Shown: positions 1 through 12,132, counted from the stretch's first letter. The stretch is 64,000 nucleotides of DNA from the human T2T-CHM13v2.0 reference genome, Homo sapiens (GCF_009914755.1 NC_060927.1); one strand, 5' to 3'. Notes: a model not told the origin generated them from the sequence alone. Numbers and translations are program-made.

Positions 1-119
1 GTGAAATGCCAGTTGAAGCATATGTCCTGCGAGCTTAGGGGTGCTACAAGTTGACCACTGCAGCAGTAAAGATGACTCTGAAGAATGGCGTGGGTTGGTT
101 CCTTTCAAATGCACTTGAG

Positions 120-568
120 CAGCGGTCTCCAACCACAGGGCCACAGAGCTGGAGGTGAGCAGCAGGCGAGTGAAGGGAAACTTCATCTGTATTTCTAGCC
201 CCTCCCATCGCTTGCATGACCACCTGAGCTCCATGTCCTGTCAGATCAGCAGCAGCATTAGATTCTCACAGGAGCACAAACTCTGTTGTGAAGTGTGCAT
301 GCGAGGGATCTAGGTTGTGTACTCCTTATGAGAATCTAATGCCTGATATTCTGTTACTGTCTCCCATCACCCCAGATGGACAGTCTAGTTGCAGGAAAAC
401 AAGCTCAGAGATCCCACTGAGTCTACGTTATAGTGAGTTGTAGAATCATTTCATTATATATTACTATGTAGTAATAATAGAAATAAAGTGCACAATATAT
501 GTAATGCACTTGAATCATCCTGAAATTATTCCCTCATTCCCAGTCTGTGGAAAAATTGTCTTCCACAC
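120..568 (+). mobile_element. MER1A (hAT-Charlie DNA transposon fossil), copy 1
   Basis: Starts cagcggtctccaacc. Contains the MER1A core (gcattagattctca...gagggatctaggttg...gttgcaggaaaacaagctcag...gaaataaagtgcacaat...gtggaaaaattgtcttccac). Confidence 0.85.
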
Positions 569-577
569 ATTCACTCT

Positions 578-704
578 GTTTTTTGGTAGAGGCAGGGTCT
601 TAATATATTGCCCAGTCTGATCTCAAACTCCTGGCCTCAAGTAATATACCTCTCTCAGCCTCCCAAAGTGCTGAGATTACAGGCATAAGCCACCACCCTC
701 AACC
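578..704 (-). mobile_element. Alu left monomer / FLAM
   Basis: Reverse complement of the Alu left arm (cctcccaaagtgctgagattacaggcataagccacc). Confidence 0.85.
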
Positions 705-735
705 AAGACTTTCTTAAACCAAATAAAAATTAAGT

Positions 736-845
736 GAGATTACTTGAGCCCAGGTGGTCAAGGCTGCAGTGAGCCTGATTGCACCACTGCACTCCAGCCT
801 AGGTGACAGAATGAGACTGTCTCAAAAAATAAAATAAAATACAAA
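736..845 (+). mobile_element. Alu right-arm fragment (AluJ-like)
   Basis: ggctgcagtgagc...gcaccactgcactccagcctaggtgacaga followed by an A-rich tail. Confidence 0.85.
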
Positions 846-998
846 TTAACCCTTCATGACATTCCCAGTAACTTCCTAAGTGCTCCCCACAAGTCTTTGA
901 ATTCTGTTTAATTCTCACATAACATTTAAGACATTTAAGAACTTATGTCTGTCTGTGTCATCCCTTTATGTCAAAAGATGTCTTTTTGTCACTTCCAG

Positions 999-1063
999 CT
1001 GGATCTACCATGAAAGACTTGTGAATCCAGGAAGAGAGACTGACTGGGCAACATGTTATTCAG
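999..1063 (+). ncRNA. Candidate 65-nt lncRNA exon
   Basis: Pyrimidine tract plus acceptor (tctttttgtcacttccag|) and donor (cag|gtacaa). Based on splice signals only. Confidence 0.35.
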
Positions 1064-1544
1064 GTACAAAAAGATTTGGACTGTAACTTAAAAATGATCA
1101 AATTATGTTTCCCATGCATCAGGTGCAATGGGAAGCTCTTCTGGAGAGTGAGAGAAGCTTCCAGTTAAGGTGACATTGAAGCCAAGTCCTGAAAGATGAG
1201 GAAGAGTTGTATGAGAGTGGGGAGGGAAGGGGGAGGTGGAGGGATGGGGAATGGGCCGGGATGGGATAGCGCAAACTGTCCGGGAAGGGAAACCAGCACT
1301 GTACAGACCTGAACAACGAAGATGGCATATTCTGTTCAGGGAATGGTGAATTAAGTGTGGCAGGAATGCTTTGTAGACACAGTAATTTGCTTGTATGGAA
1401 TTTTGCCTGAGAGACCTCATTGCAGTTTCTGATTTTTTGATGTCTTCATCCATCACTGTCCTTGTCAAATAGTTTGGAACAGGTATAATGATCACAATAA
1501 CCCCAAGCATAATATTTCGTTAATTCTCACAGAATCACATGTAG

Positions 1545-1662
1545 GTGCCACAGTTATCCCCATTTTATGAATGGAGTGATGAAAACCTTAGGAATAATGA
1601 ATGATTTGCGCAGGCTCACCTGGATATTAAGACTGAGTCAAATGTTGGGTCTGGTCTGACTT
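1545..1662 (-). mobile_element. MIR fragment
   Basis: ttatccccattttatgaatg...ggtctggtctgact resembles the reverse-complemented MIR core. Confidence 0.5.
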
Positions 1663-2041
1663 TAATGTTTGCTTTGTTCATGAGCACCACATATTGCCTC
1701 TCCTATGCAGTTAAGCAGGTAGGTGACAGAAAAGCCCATGTTTGTCTCTACTCACACACTTCCGACTGAATGTACGTATGGAGTTTCTACACCAGATTCT
1801 TCAGTGCTCTGGATATTAACTGGGTATCCCATGACTTTATTCTGACACTACCTGGAGTTAGCACAGACCCCACAAGTTAGGGGCTCAGTCCCACGAGGCC
1901 ATCCTCACTTCAGATGACAATGGCAAGTCCTAAGTTGTCACCATACTTTTGACCAACCTGTTACCAATCGGGGGTTCCCGTAACTGTCTTCTTGGGTTTA
2001 ATAATTTGCTAGAACAGTTTACGGAACTCAGAAAAACAGTT

Positions 2042-2342
2042 TATTTTCTTTTTTTCTGAGAGAGAGGGTCTTATTTTGTTGCCCAGGCTGGTGTGCAATG
2101 GTGCAGTCATAGCTCATTGCAGCCTTGATTGTCTGGGTTCCAGTGGTTCTCCCACCTCAGCCTCCCTAGTAGCTGAGACTACATGCCTGCACCACCACAT
2201 CTGGCTAGTTTCTTTTATTTTTTGTATAGATGGGGTCTTGTTGTGTTGGCCAGGCTGGCCACAAATTCCTGGTCTCAAGTGATCCTCCCACCTCAGCCTC
2301 TGAAAGTGCTGGGATTACAGATGTGAGCCACCACATCTGGCC
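2042..2342 (-). mobile_element. AluJ
   Basis: Full dimer on the minus strand with a T-rich tail at left. Old and diverged. Confidence 0.9.
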
Positions 2343-2395
2343 AGTTCATTTCCTATTACTGGTTCATTGTGAAGGATACATCTCAGAAACAGTCA

Positions 2396-2720
<325 letters not shown>

Positions 2721-3227
2721 ATACCCAGGGCAAGTTAAGTTCGGAGGGGCACAGAGCTCCCATGCCCTCTGTTGAACATGCGACCCTCCCAGCATCTCCT
2801 GTGTCCAGCAACCCTGAAAGCTCTGCAAACCCCTTTCAGGGTGTTTATGGAGGCTTTATTATGCAAGCATGATTGATAAAACCTTTGGCTGTTGGTGATT
2901 AAGTCAGTCTCCAGCCCCTCTTCCCCCTGGAGTTCAGTGCATGAGGCTGAAAGTTCCAAGCCTCTTACCATGTGGTTGCATGGTAATCAGCCCTCCTCTT
3001 GAAGAAATTTAGGAGCTTGCAGTCACCCAGTCATCTCAACAACATCCCCAAATGCATTCTTACCATGCTGGAGATCCCAAAGTTCTTAGAGGCTCTTGTG
3101 TTAGAAACCTGGGACCAAGACCAAATATTAAAACAAAAGATGCTCCTGTCACATCTATCACTGAGGTCTTTGTAAGAGCTTTAGAAGCTCTGTGCCAGGA
3201 ACCAGGGACAGAGATTAAATATATATT

Positions 3228-3600
3228 TCTTTTCTTTTTTTTGAGACAGAATCTTCCTGTGCCATCCAGGCTGGAGTGCAGTGATGTGATCATAGCTCAC
3301 TATAGCTTTGGCCTTCTGAGATCAAGCAATCCTCCCATCTCAACCTCCCAAGTAGCTAGGACTACACACGCATGTCACCCATGCCCAGATCATTTTTGTA
3401 GAGTCAGAGTTTCACCGTGGTGGCCAGGTTGGCCATGTTGGCCAGATGGGGTCTTCTTTTGTTGCCCAGGCTGGCCACAAATTCCTGGGCTCAAGTGATC
3501 CTCCCACCTCGTCCTTGTAGAGATGAGATTTAGTTATGTCGTCCAGGCTGATCTCAAACTCCTGGGCTAAATCGATTGTCTCACCTCAGCCTCTCAAGTA
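3228..3600 (-). mobile_element. Composite Alu fragments (continue at 4553)
   Basis: Minus-strand Alu with repeated left-arm pieces. Breaks off at cctcagcctctcaagta. Confidence 0.8.
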
Positions 3601-3613
3601 TGTTATGAAGGTT

Positions 3614-4546
3614 ATATGTTAGGAAGGGTCCCAGGAGGTAAACCCACACAGATGGGATTTGGGCATAGGTTTGGTTTCCCAGGGGGCAGTGCTGAGCTCT
3701 TTGCCAGTGGGAAATGGGATGCTGGTGATTTCCAGTAGGTGACCTCACAGTGACTCAAGCTACCACTTACTGTTGATTGTGACGAAATGCCAGCTGAGGC
3801 ACATGCCTTGGGAGCTAAGTGGTTGCTGCCCTTGACCACTGTGAAGACTGGTGTGGGAAGGGTCGTTTTGGATGCACTTGAGCAGGGGTCCCCAACCCCT
3901 GAGCCATGGAGCCGCAAGGAGCCACACAGCAGGAGGTGAGCGGTGTCGAGTGAGGGAGTGAGGGAAGCTTCGTCTGTATTTACAGCCACTCCCCTTTGCT
4001 CACATTCCCGCCTGAGCTCCACCTTCTCAGATGAGCAGCAGCATTAGATGCTCATAGGAGAACGCACCCTGTTGTGAACTGTGCATGTGAGGGATCTGGG
4101 TTGCGCTGTCCTTATGAGAGTCTAATACCTATTGATCTGTCACTTTCTCCCATCACGCTCAGGTGGGAACATCCAGTTGCAGGAAAACAAGCTTAACACG
4201 CCCACTGATTCTACATTATGGTGAGTTCTATAATTATTTTATTATATATTACAGTGTAATAATGGAAATAAAGTGCCTAATAAATGCAAATGTGCTTACA
4301 TCTTTTGGCCCAGCTCCTACCTCCCGGCAGCCTCTCCAGGCCCAGAACTTTCTCCAGTCAGCCTCTACAGACCAAGCTCATGACTCTCAATGGCCTATTT
4401 AGGCCCATACCCTACGTCACGGCAGCCTCCGCAGATGAGGCTACTGCCTCACAACAGCCTCCACAGGCACAGCTCCATCGTTACAATGGCCTCTTTAGAC
4501 CCAGCTCCTGCCTCCCAGCCTTCTCTCCAGGCCCTGAACTTTCTCA
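3614..4546 (+). repeat. 933-bp direct duplication, copy A (contains MER1A at ~3883-4290)
   Basis: Near-identical to 7028-7960 at a constant offset of 3414. I counted about nine substitutions by eye. Confidence 0.95.
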
Positions 4547-4552
4547 GTAAGT

Positions 4553-4715
4553 TCAGGTAGCTGGGACTGTAGGTATACATGACGATACTTGGCTAATTTT
4601 TAAATTGTTTTGTAGACACGGGGTCTCACTTTTTTGGCCAGGCTGGTGTCAAACTAATGGCCTCAAGTGACCCTTCCACCCCTGCCTCCCATCCTCGAGG
4701 TATGTGCCACCACAA
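4553..4715 (-). mobile_element. Alu fragment
   Basis: gtagctgggactgtagg...ggctaattttt...ggccaggctggtgtcaaact. Confidence 0.8.
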
Positions 4716-5294
4716 GGAGCACTTGTTCAATTTTCTAAAAAAGAAATTTCTAAAGTAAGGCTGTGGGATGATGGCAGGAAGATAAAAGAAAAACAGAAGA
4801 ATAAGTTAAAATGACTTATTCACGCATATTCTTTTGACAGCAAGAAGAACTTTTAGTATATACATTCCTTACAAACAAACAAAAGGCAGATAAACAATGT
4901 TGTATAGGAACTTCAACACACACTGTACAATATTCCCACTTTGCTGACATAAGTTATGGAAATTTCATGGTTTACTTGAGTGTCGCTACCAGTATTTTGC
5001 TTCTCTGATGATTTTTATCAACTTCCTCATCTGTTAACTTCTCTCCAAGGTATGTCATGTCACGACATACTGCCGCTGCACGAACATGGCCAGTGTCTTC
5101 CTATTCAACATGTAGAATGCTTTCCTAATTTCTCTTTTTACTCTCTGTCTTTGTGTTCTGCATTTTCCTTACTTTTATTGTCAGAAACTCCAGAAAGTCA
5201 ATCGTACTAATTTATCACGATTTGCTTTATTAATTTATACTTTGCTTATATGGAATTTTGCCCAGCAGACCTCATCACAGTTTCTAACCTGCTT

Positions 5295-5470
5295 TATTTA
5301 TTTATTTATTTTTTTCTGAGACAGGGTCTCCCTCTGTTGTCCAAGGCTGGAGTGTAGTAGTGCTATCGCAGCTGACTGCAGCCTCAACCTTCCAGGCTGA
5401 AGCGATCCTCCCACCTCAACCTCCCACGTGGCTGAGACTACAGGTGCTTGCCACTATGCCCAACTAACAT
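5295..5470 (-). mobile_element. Alu right arm (AluJ/FRAM)
   Basis: T-rich tail followed by gagacagggtctc...ggctggagtgtagtagtg. Confidence 0.85.
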
Positions 5471-5697
5471 TTGGAATTTTCGTATACGTGGATTCTAGAG
5501 GGGTGACAGCGAAACGTGAGTAAGCATGGATTTTGGTATATGCAGAGATGGGGGGCTGGAACTAATTCTGTATACTGAGGGATGACGACTGTGTATGTTT
5601 TTACAATTACGCTGTAGGATACATACTGTTGCATAGCCTTGAAAATAATAATTTTTAATTGAGTGGAATAAGAATAATATTGATAAAAGTAGCAGCT

Positions 5698-5997
5698 GGC
5701 CAGGTGTGGTGGCTCACACTGGTAATCGCAACACTTTGGGAGGCTGAGGCAGGAGGATGGCTTGAGGCCAAGAGTTTGCGATAGGCCTTGGAAACAAAGG
5801 GGGAGTCACCATCCCTACAGAAAAATACATGAATTAGCCTAGTGTGGTGGCATGTTCCTGTAGTCCCAGCTACTTGGGAGGCTGAGGTGGGAGGATCACT
5901 TGAGCCCAGGGAGGCTGAGACCGCAGTGAGTCATGATCAGGCCTCTGCACTCCAGCCTGGGTGACAGAGTGAGACCCTGTCTCAAAACAACAAAAAA
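5698..5997 (+). mobile_element. AluJ
   Basis: Full dimer, ggccaggtgtggtggctcac... to gagaccctgtctcaaaa. Confidence 0.9.
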
Positions 5998-6234
5998 GTA
6001 GCAGCTAACATCAACTGACCTTTTACCAGGTGCCTATTGATACCATAGTTTAATTTCTTATAACTGTTTCTTATTTCACTTACCAACTCTGTCTTCAGTT
6101 ACTCCCAGATTTTTACTGTGTGTGTACAGATGACCTTTTGCTTAGATTGAATTGTCTCCCCAGAAGTAAGATTACTGTGAGTCATGGTGAATGGACATTC
6201 TCCTTACCCTTGATGTAAATTGACAGGGTTTTGG

Positions 6235-6355
6235 GTGCCTCCCAGCTATAATCTTAGCACTTTGGGAGGCTAAGAGAGGAGGATTGCTTGAGGCCAAGAG
6301 TTGGAGGAGGCAGTATGGCAGTATGGTGAGACCCTGTCTCCATTATTTTAAAAAA
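6235..6355 (+). mobile_element. FLAM / Alu left-arm fragment
   Basis: ctataatcttagcactttgggaggctaag...gagaccctgtctc. Confidence 0.75.
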
Positions 6356-6579
6356 TTGACAGGCTTTACCCTGGAAGGCTTATACACAATTTAACCACCC
6401 CTCATAGTATAAGAAAGTGCCCATTTCACTGCACCTTTGCCAGCACAGGGTATTATAATTTAGTAAGCCATTTTTTGTTTGATTATTTTAAATAGACAAA
6501 AGACCTCATATTACTTTACTTGTCACATTTCAACATCTTTCCTCAGCTTATTAGCTCTATTTCTTTTCTGTCTGTAAAT

Positions 6580-6874
6580 GGTTGTTGTGGTTTTGTTCTT
6601 TGAGACAGGGTCTTGCTCTGTCATCCGGCTGGACTGTAGTGGCATAATCATGCCTCACTGCAGCCTTGACCTCCCAGGCTCAAACTTCAGCATTCCGAGT
6701 AGCTGGGACTACAAGTGTGCACCACCACCCCCAGCTAACTTTTTTCTTCTTTTGGATAGAGACAGGGTCTCACTGTGTCGTCCAGAGCGGTCTCTAGCTC
6801 CTGGCCTTAAGCAATCCTCCTGCATTAGCTTCTGTAATGGCTGGAATTTCAGGCATGAGCCACCATGCCTGGCC
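6580..6874 (-). mobile_element. AluJ
   Basis: Full dimer on the minus strand ending gagccaccatgcctggcc. Confidence 0.9.
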
Positions 6875-7027
6875 TGGGCTAGTCCCATATTCTCTAGAGT
6901 TATCTTTACTCTGTGCTAGCCAATCTCTCATTATGCTGTTCACCTGTTATAATGAATAATTCTCTGTATTAAATTTTACCACTTTAAACTTTTGAGTGGT
7001 TTATGCTTCCTGATTGGACTCTGACTA

Positions 7028-7960
7028 ATATGTTAGGAAGGGTCCCAGGAGGTAAACCCACACAGATGGGATTTGGGCATAGGTTTGGTTTCCCAGGGGG
7101 CAGTGCTGAGCTCTTTGCCAGTGGGAAATGGGATGCTGGTGATTTCCAGTAGGTGACCTCACAGTGACTCAAGCTACCACTTACTGTTGATTGTGACGAA
7201 ATGCCAGCTGAGGCACATGCCTTGGGAGCTAAGTGGTTGCTGCCCTTGACCACTGTGAAGACTGGTGTGGGAAGGGTCGCTTTGGATGCACTTGAGCAGG
7301 GGTCCCCAACCCCTGAGCCATGGAGCCGCAAGGAGCCACACAGCAGGAGGTGAGCGGTGTCGAGTGAGGGAGTGAGGGAAGCTTTGTCTGTATTTACAGC
7401 CACTCCCCTTTGCTCACATTCCCGCCTGAGCTCCACCTTCTCAGATGAGCAGCAGCATTAGATGCTCATAGGAGAACGCACCCTGTTGTGAACCGTGCAT
7501 GTGAGGGATCGAGGTTGCGCTGTCCTTATGAGAGTCTAATACCTATTGATCTGTCACTTTCTCCCATCACGCTCAGGTGGGACCATCCAGTTGCAGGAAA
7601 ACAAGCTTGACACGCCCACTAATTCTACATTATGGTGAGTTCTATAATTATTTTATTATATATTACAGTGTAATAATGGAAATAAAGTGCCTAATAAATG
7701 CAAATGTGCTTACATCTTTTGGCCCAGCTCCTACCTCCCGGCAGCCTCTCCAGGCCCAGAACTTTCTCCAGTCAGCCTCTACAGACCAAGCTCATGACTC
7801 ACAATGGCCTATTTAGGCCCATACCCTACGTCACGGCAGCCTCCGCAGATGAGGCTACTGCCTCACAACAGCCTCCACAGGCACAGCTCCATCGTTACAA
7901 TGGCCTCTTTAGACCCAGCTCCTGCCTCCCAGCCTTCTCTCCAGGCCCTGAACTTTCTCA
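7028..7960 (+). repeat. 933-bp direct duplication, copy B (contains MER1A at ~7297-7705)
   Basis: Matches 3614-4546 and runs on seamlessly into the GC-rich repeat. Confidence 0.95.
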
Positions 7961-8950
7961 AGTCGACCTCACCAGGCCCAGCTCATGCTTCTTTGCAGCC
8001 TCTCCAGGCCCAGCTCCTGCATCTTGGTGGCCCCTCCAGGCCCAGCCTCTGCCTCCCGTCAGCCTCTACAGTCCCAACGTCTGCCTCACAGCAGATTCTT
8101 CACGCCCAGCATCTACCTCACTGTGGACCCCCCAAGCCAAGCTCCCAACCTTTCAGCAGCTTCTACACACCCAGCTCCCGCCTGCCAGTGGCCTCTTCAG
8201 GCCCATGGGGCTCATTCCTGACAACGGCCTTTCCAGGCCCAGTTTTTCCCTTCCGGCGGCCTCTCCGGGCCCAGAACCTCCTCAAGTCAGCCTCTCCAGA
8301 CCCACTTGCACCCTCCGGGCGTTCTCTCCGGGCCCAGCTCTTCTTCCTGGTTGGGTCTCCAGGCCCGATTCCTGCCTCTCAACAACCTCTTTGGACTCAG
8401 TGCCTACCCATCTCCTGGCGGCCTTGGTCGGCCCACAGCTTCCTCAAGCCAAGCTCCCCAGGCCCAGGTCAGGCCTCACGGTGGCCTCTCCAGGATGAGC
8501 TCCTGCCCTCCGATGGCATCTCCAGGCCCCAAATGGTCTCCGGTCGGTGGGCTCCTCCACGCCAAGGTTGGGCCTCCCGGCGACTGCCGCAGGCCCAAGT
8601 TGTCCTGAAGTCGGGCTCTCCCGGCCCTGCCTCCCAGCAAGTAAGCAAGCTCTTTTGGCTCAACTCCTGCCCAGCTCCCAACCGCCTTTGTAGGCCCCGA
8701 ACTTTCTCCAGCCAAGCTCTGAGGGCCCACCTCCTGCCTCCTGGTGGCCTGTACAGTTCTAGCACTGGTTGGAGAACAGCCTCTGCAGGCCCCGCCCTTG
8801 CCTCCCAGGGGCCTCTCCAGGCCCAGCTCTTGCCCCCACGGCGGCCTCCCGGGGCCAAGTCCCTGCCTGCCTCCCAGCAGCCCGCGTGCGGCCCAGCTCC
8901 TCCCTCACGGTGGCCTGTTGATGCCCAACTCATGCCTCTGGCACCCTGCC
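7720..8950 (+). repeat. Degenerate GC-rich ~30-33-bp tandem repeat (ggcctctccaggcccagctcctgcctccc-like), block 1
   Basis: Recurrent gcctctccaggcccagctc motif. Generates Pro/Ser/Ala-rich ORFs in several frames. Confidence 0.8.
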
Positions 8951-8956
8951 CAGAGG

Positions 8957-10914
8957 CGTGAGCCCCTGCCTCACACTGGCTCCTCCCACGCTGAGAGAGG
9001 TCAGTGTGAGCCCCTTGCCTCACACCGGCCCCTCCCACGCTGAGAGAGGTCAGAGTGAGCCCCTTGTCTCACACCGGCCCCTCCCACGTGGACAGAGGTC
9101 AGCGTGAGCCCCTTGCCTCACACCGGCCCCTCCCACGCTGAGAGAGGTCAGTGTGAGCCCTTGCCTCACACCGGCCCCTCCCACGCGGACAGAGGTCAGC
9201 GTGAGCCCCTTGCCTCACACCGGCCCCTCCCACGCTGAGAGAGGTCAGTGTGAGCCCTTGCCTCACCCCGGCCCCTCCCACGTGGACAGAGGTCAGCGTG
9301 AGCCCCTTGTCTCACACCGGCCCCTCCCACGCTGAGAGAGGTCAGTGTGAGCCCTTGCCTCACACCGGCCCCTCCCACGCGGACAGAGGTCAGCGTGAGC
9401 CCCTTGCCTCACACCGGCCCCTCCCACGCTGAGAGAGGTCAGTGTGAGCCCTTGCCTCACCCCGGCCCCTCCCACGTGGACAGAGGTCAGCGTGAGCCCC
9501 TTGTCTCACACCGGCCCCTCCCACGCTGAGAGAGGTCAGTGTGAGCCCTTGCCTCACACCGGCCCCTCCCACGCGGACAGAGGTCAGCGTGAGCCCCTTG
9601 CCTCACACCGGCCCCTCCCACGCGGACAGAGGTCAGCCCGAGCCCCTTGTCTCACACCGGCCCCTCCCATGCTGAGAGAGGTCAGCGTGAGCCCCTTGTC
9701 TCACACCGGCCCCTCCCACGCTGAGAGAGGTCAGCCCAAGCCCCTTGCCTCACACCGGCCCCTCCCACGCGGACAGAGGTCAGCCCGAGCTCCTTGCCTC
9801 ACACCGGCCCCTCCCACGCTGAGAGAGGTCAGTGTGAGCCCTTGCCTCACACCGGCCCCTCCCACGCGGACAGAGGTCAGCGTGAGCCCCTTGCCTCACA
9901 CCGGCCCCTCCCACGCTGAGAGAGGTCAGTGTGAGCCCTTGCCTCACACTGGCCCCTCCCACGCGGACAGAGGTCAGCGTGAGCCCCTTGCCTCACACCG
10001 GCCCCTCCCACGCTGAGAGAGGTCAGCCCGAGCCCCTTGCCTCACACCGGCCCCTCCCACGCTGAGAGAGGTCAGCGTGAGCCCCTTGTCTCACACCGGC
10101 CCCTCCCACGCTGAGAGAGGTCAGCCCGAGCCCCTTGCCTCACACCGGCCCCTCCCACGCTGAGAGAGGTGTGAGCCCCTTGTCTCACACCGGCCCCTCC
10201 CACGCGGACAGAGGTCAGCGTGAGCCCCTTGCCTCACACCGGCCCCTCCCACGCTGAGAGAGGTCAGTGTGAGCCCTTGCCTCACACCGGCCCCTCCCAC
10301 GCGGACAGAGGTCAGCGTGAGCCCCTTGCCTCACACCGGCCCCTCCCACGCTGAGAGAGGTCGGTGTGAGCCCTTGCCTCACACCGGCCCCTCCCACGCG
10401 GACAGAGGTCAGCGTGAGCCCCTTGCCTCACCCCGGCCCCTCCCACGCTGAGAGAGGTCAGTGTGAGCCCTTGCCTCACACCGGCCCCTCCCACGCGGAC
10501 AGAGGTCAGCGTGAGCCCCTTGCCTCACCCCGGCCCCTCCCACGCTGAGAGAGGTCAGTGTGAGCCCTTGCCTCACACCGGCCCCTCCCACGCGGACAGA
10601 GGTCAGCGTGAGCCCCTTGCCTCACCCCGGCCCCTCCCACGCTGAGAGAGGTCAGTGTGAGCCCTTGCCTCACACCGGCCCCTCCCACGCGGACAGAGGT
10701 CAGCGTGAGCCCCTTGCCTCACCCCGGCCCCTCCCACGCTGAGAGAGGTCAGTGTGAGCCCTTGCCTCACACCGGCCCCTCCCACGCGGACAGAGGTCAG
10801 CGTGAGCCCCTTGCCTCACACCGGCCCCTCCCACGCTGAGAGAGGTCAGTGTGAGCCCTTGCCTCACACCGGCCCCTCCCACGCGGACAGAGGTCAGCGT
10901 GACCCCCTGCCTCA
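8957..10914 (+). repeat. 48/49-bp VNTR minisatellite, about 40 copies, CpG-rich
   Basis: Unit gtgagccc(c)ttgcctcacaccggcccctcccacg[ctgagag|cggacag]aggtcag(c/t). Alternating variants give the 97-bp period visible in the ORF track. Confidence 0.97.
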
Positions 10915-11190
10915 ACAGGCCACCGTGAGGGAGGAACAGGATCGCACTCGGGCTGCTGGGAGGTAGGCAGGGACTTGGGCCTGGGAGGTCGCGGTGGGGC
11001 GAGAGCTGGGCCTGGAGACTCCCCTGGGAGGCAACAGCGGGGTCTGCAGACGCCCTTCTCCAGCCGGAGCTGGGACTGTTCAGTCACTGGGAGAAGGGAT
11101 GTGGGTCTGAAGAGCTTGGTTGCAGAAACTTCGGGGTCTACAAACGCAGGCGGGAGCTGAGCCAAAAGAGCTTGTTTGCTGGGAGGTGGG
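10912..11190 (-). repeat. Inverted diverged copy of ~8630-8921
   Basis: tcaacaggccaccgtgagggagg is the reverse complement of cctccctcacggtggcctgttga at ~8899-8921. Similarity extends to gagccaaaagagcttg versus caagctcttttggctc. Confidence 0.9.
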
Positions 11191-11231
11191 AGATGCAGCC
11201 AGGAGGAACAGCTGGGCAATGCGGGAGGCAG

Positions 11232-12132
11232 AGGCCAGGCCTCCTCAAGTTGGCCTCTCAGACCCACTTGCAGCCTCCCGGCGCCCCCTCCGGGCCCAGC
11301 TCTTCCTCCCGGCTGCATCTCCAGGCCGGACTCTGGCCCGACTCCAGGTCCCAACAACGTCTTTGGACTCAGCTCCTGCCCAGCTCCCAGCGGCCCTGGT
11401 AGGCCCACAACTTCCCTAAGCCAAGCTCCCCAGGCCCAGCTCAGGCCTCGCGGTGGCCTCTCCAGGCTCAGCTCCTGGCCCTCCGATGACATCTGCAGGC
11501 CCCAAATGGCCTCCGGTCGGTGGGCTCCTCTAGGCCCAGCTTGGGCCTCCCGGCGGCCTCCGCAGGCCCAAATCGTCCCGAAGTCAGTCTCTCCAGGCTT
11601 AGCTCCAGCCTCCCGGCGGCCTCTGCAGGCCCAAGTCGTCCTCAAGTCGGCCTGGAAGTGGGCCTGGAAGAGCAGCAAGTCGGCCTCCCTGGGCCCAGCT
11701 CCGTCCTCTCGACGGCCTCTCCAGGTGCAAAACTTCCTCGAGTCAGCCTCTCCAGGCCCAGCTCCTCCTGCCTCCCAGTGGCCTCTTTCAGCCCAGCCCA
11801 GCTCATGGCTCTCGGCGGCCTTCGCAGGCCCTGCTTTTGACTTTTGGCAGCCTCTTCAGGCGCAGAACTTGATCTCCAGTCGGCCTTTGCAGGCCCGGCC
11901 TCCTGCCTCTCGAAGGCCTGCACGGGCCCGGCCTCGGCCTCGGCCTCACAGCGGACTCTCCACGCCCAGCTAGCTCTCGCCTCACTGCGGCCTCCCCAGT
12001 CCAAAGCTCCTGCCTTTCGGCCACTTCGGCAGGTCCAGCTCCTGCCTGCCAGTGGCCTCTTTAGGCCCAGCTCATTCCTCACGTCGGCCATTCCAGGCCC
12101 CGTTTTTCCCTTCCGGCAGCCTCTTGGCCTCT
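11232..12132 (+). repeat. Degenerate GC-rich ~32-bp repeat, block 2
   Basis: 11235-11610 parallels 8271-8635 and 11958-12125 parallels 8098-8265. Abrupt change to AT-rich DNA at 12133. Confidence 0.8.

Noticed and set aside
8957-10914. CRISPR-like array
   Set aside because: Units are contiguous with no unique spacers, there are no cas genes, and the context is primate DNA. It is a minisatellite.
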